From Guillardia theta CCMP2712 (taxonomy: Eukaryota > Protista > Cryptophyta), in contig NW_005434518.1 of the NCBI RefSeq assembly GCF_000315625.1, positions 89,151 to 124,898 on the forward strand: DNA of 35,748 bases, given 5' to 3'. Positions within the stretch are counted from its first letter, which is position 1, and each line of letters opens with the position of its first letter. Under the pieces are notes generated by a model. It was given only the letters and a program-made list of their open reading frames with translations, was not told the DNA's origin and did no database searches. Both the position numbers and the translations under genes were made by a program. This document shows positions 33,586 through 35,748 of this stretch, one piece after another.

Positions 33586-35748
33586 ATGTCGCTTGTCGCC
33601 CCCTTGCAAGCCTTCACTAGTATGCGCCCCATGCTGCGGTTTCGAAGCTTCCTAGCATCGCGCGCGACCTCCACAGCCTGCCTCTCCTCCTCCTCCTCCT
33701 CCTCCTCCTCCTCCTCCTCCTGTAAGGCTTCGACTCATCACTCCACTTCACCCTTGCTCCAGTCTTCTTCCACCACCACTCCGTCTACTTTTACCTTGTC
33801 TGGTCATGCCGGTGGCTCAGCTTTGAAACGGTCTGACTCCTCCTCCCGCCTCAAATGTCAACGAAAGTCTGTCCGTCCTTATGCATTCGGAATGAACATG
33901 GGCCTGCCGACCAACCTGTCGCACCCTGCTGCTCAACATGGCCGGCGTCAAGTTCCCTTGAGCGGCATGTGCCAACCCGCGAGGAGTTTGCACACAGGAG
34001 GGGAGCAAGAGCAGCAGGTTCTGGAGCAGCTGAAGAATGTGATAGACCCAGACCTCCATCAGGACATCGTCTCTCTGGGGTTCGTGCAGAATCTCACTAT
34101 CAGGGAGGGGTTGTTTCGTTCGACCTCGTCCTCACGACGCCTGCCTGTCCTGTGAAGGACAAGTTCAAGAAGGACTGCACGGACCTCATTAAGCAGCTGC
34201 CATGGGTGAAGGACGTGAAACTCACTCTGAGCTCTCAGCACAGGCCTGCAGGAGGCGGTCAGAAGGTGGAGAACTCCCAGACCGGCTTGAAGGACGTGAA
34301 GAGGATCATTGCCGTATCCAGCGCCAAGGGAGGGTCGGGAAGTCAACGGTAGCTGTCAATCTTGCCTTCAGCATCGCCAAGCTGGGCGGGAAGGTTGGGA
34401 TCTTCGATGCAGACATCTATGGCCCGAGCCTCCCTACCATGGTGGGCGTTGAGAACCCGCGGGTAGTCAGGTCGCAGACCAACGAGGAGAGGATCGCTCC
34501 GCTGCACTACCAGGACGTGAAGTTGATGTCCTATGGCTTCACGGCCAAGGCTCGAGGAGGACAGGCATCGATCATGCGAGGGCCCATGGTAGCGTCTACT
34601 GTCCACCAGCTGCTCGCGTTCACTGATTGGTGAGATCGGGGGCGATGGCGGTGAGGGATTGAGTGTGAGAGAAGGAAGCGGAAGGATAGAGGGAGCTAAT
34701 AGAGGCGAGAGAGAGAGGAAGGAGGAGAGAGGGAAAGGAAGGAGAAAACAAAAGGCAAGAGAGAAAGGAACAGTAGAGAGAGAAGCGAAGGAAAACAGGG
34801 AGGAGGAGCAAGGAGGAGAGCGACGAAGAAGGAGCAGAAGGAGGGAGGGAGGGAGGGAGGGAGGAGGAGGAGGAGGAGGAGGAGGAGGAGGATATCAACT
34901 ATCGATTACGTTGCTCGCTGTGTCAATGACTGACGGTCGCAGGGGCGAACTTGACTACCTCGTCCTTGACTTCCCTCCCGGAACCGGAGACATCCAACTC
35001 ACCATCTGCCAGGTTGACAGTAGTGACGCTATGGCGGCAACTTGGCTCCCTGACCTTGACTGTGCTGGCAGCAAGTGAACATCGACGGGGCTGTCATAGT
35101 GACGACTCCGCAGAAGGTGACGTCTGCTGTCCTGGCCGCCTGCCGCCCTGATCCCCCTCCTGCTTCAGCTCAGCTTCGTGGACGTTGTCCGGGGCATCGA
35201 GATGTTTGACACGTTGAACGTCCCCATAGGTGGAGGAACCCTGCTCAGTGTCAGCTGGGGAGTTTGACGTTTTTGTTTCCTCCCTGCCCAGTTGCGCTCG
35301 TGGAGAACATGTCCTACTTCGACTGCTCGTGCGGGACGAGACACTTCCCGTTCGGCGAAGGACACAGTCAGAAGGTGAGCGAGAGAGGAGGAGAGGGAGC
35401 TTGTGAAGGGGGAGGGGAGGGGAGGGGAGAGGGAGTCAAGGGGAAAGGAGGAAGGGGGAGAAGAAGCGAACGGGAAGTTTGAAGGAGGAAGGACAGGGGA
35501 GGTAGGGGGTGCGGGAGGGAGGGACGGAGGGACGGAGGGACGGAGGGGGGGGAGGGGAGGGGAGGGACGGAGGGAGTTGTGCAGCATGCATTACAAATAT
35601 GCTCAGAGGTGTGGAGGGATAAGATTTTCTCGCAGATCTCCGACCAGTATGGCACCCCTAGCGCCGTAGTGCTGCCGATCCACTCGTCATTGAGGTGACC
35701 TAATCCTCCTCCTCCTCCTCCTCCTCCTCCTCCTCCTCCTCCTCCTCC
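33586..35748 (+). CDS. HCF101: HCF101-like Mrp/NBP35-family Fe-S scaffold ATPase (DUF59 + P-loop) with mitochondrial-type presequence; 3' part outside window; two apparent frameshifts
   Basis: DUF59-type segment LKNVIDPDLHQDIVSLGFV...LTTPACP. ATPase motifs AVSSAKGG(V)GKST, DADIYGPSLP, MRGPM, W|GELDYLVLDFPPGTGDIQLT, VIVTTPQ and VENMSYF. The N-terminus is R/S-rich and acid-free. Single G apparently missing at ~34110 and ~34334. Confidence 0.85.

Overview
This is eukaryotic nuclear DNA from a draft assembly (three N-gaps), gene-dense, with many ~45-65 nt GT-AG introns and purine/pyrimidine microsatellite-filled introns. A nuclear petC with an ASAF bipartite leader indicates an alga with a secondary red plastid; a cryptophyte such as Guillardia theta is the best inference. 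Manual splicing gives these genes: a stand-alone WWE-domain protein (-), a DNAJC9-like J-protein with signal peptide, RLRGG motif and H1-like AT-hook tail (+), a degraded LRR/Cys-rich pseudogene (+), a PH-domain Glu-rich protein (+), a polycystin/TRPP-like channel (-), petC (-), a secreted plant-type LRR protein (+), a membrane-anchored coiled-coil protein (+), CCT4 (-) and an HCF101/Mrp Fe-S scaffold with a mitochondrial-type leader (+, runs off the window). Two recurring intergenic island types stand out: AAGTACCC/GGGTA-rich islands, mostly just 5' of genes, and GC-rich palindrome-dense blocks. Most long ORFs in the supplied track are low-complexity artefacts. All gene models are by-eye reconstructions without transcript support.
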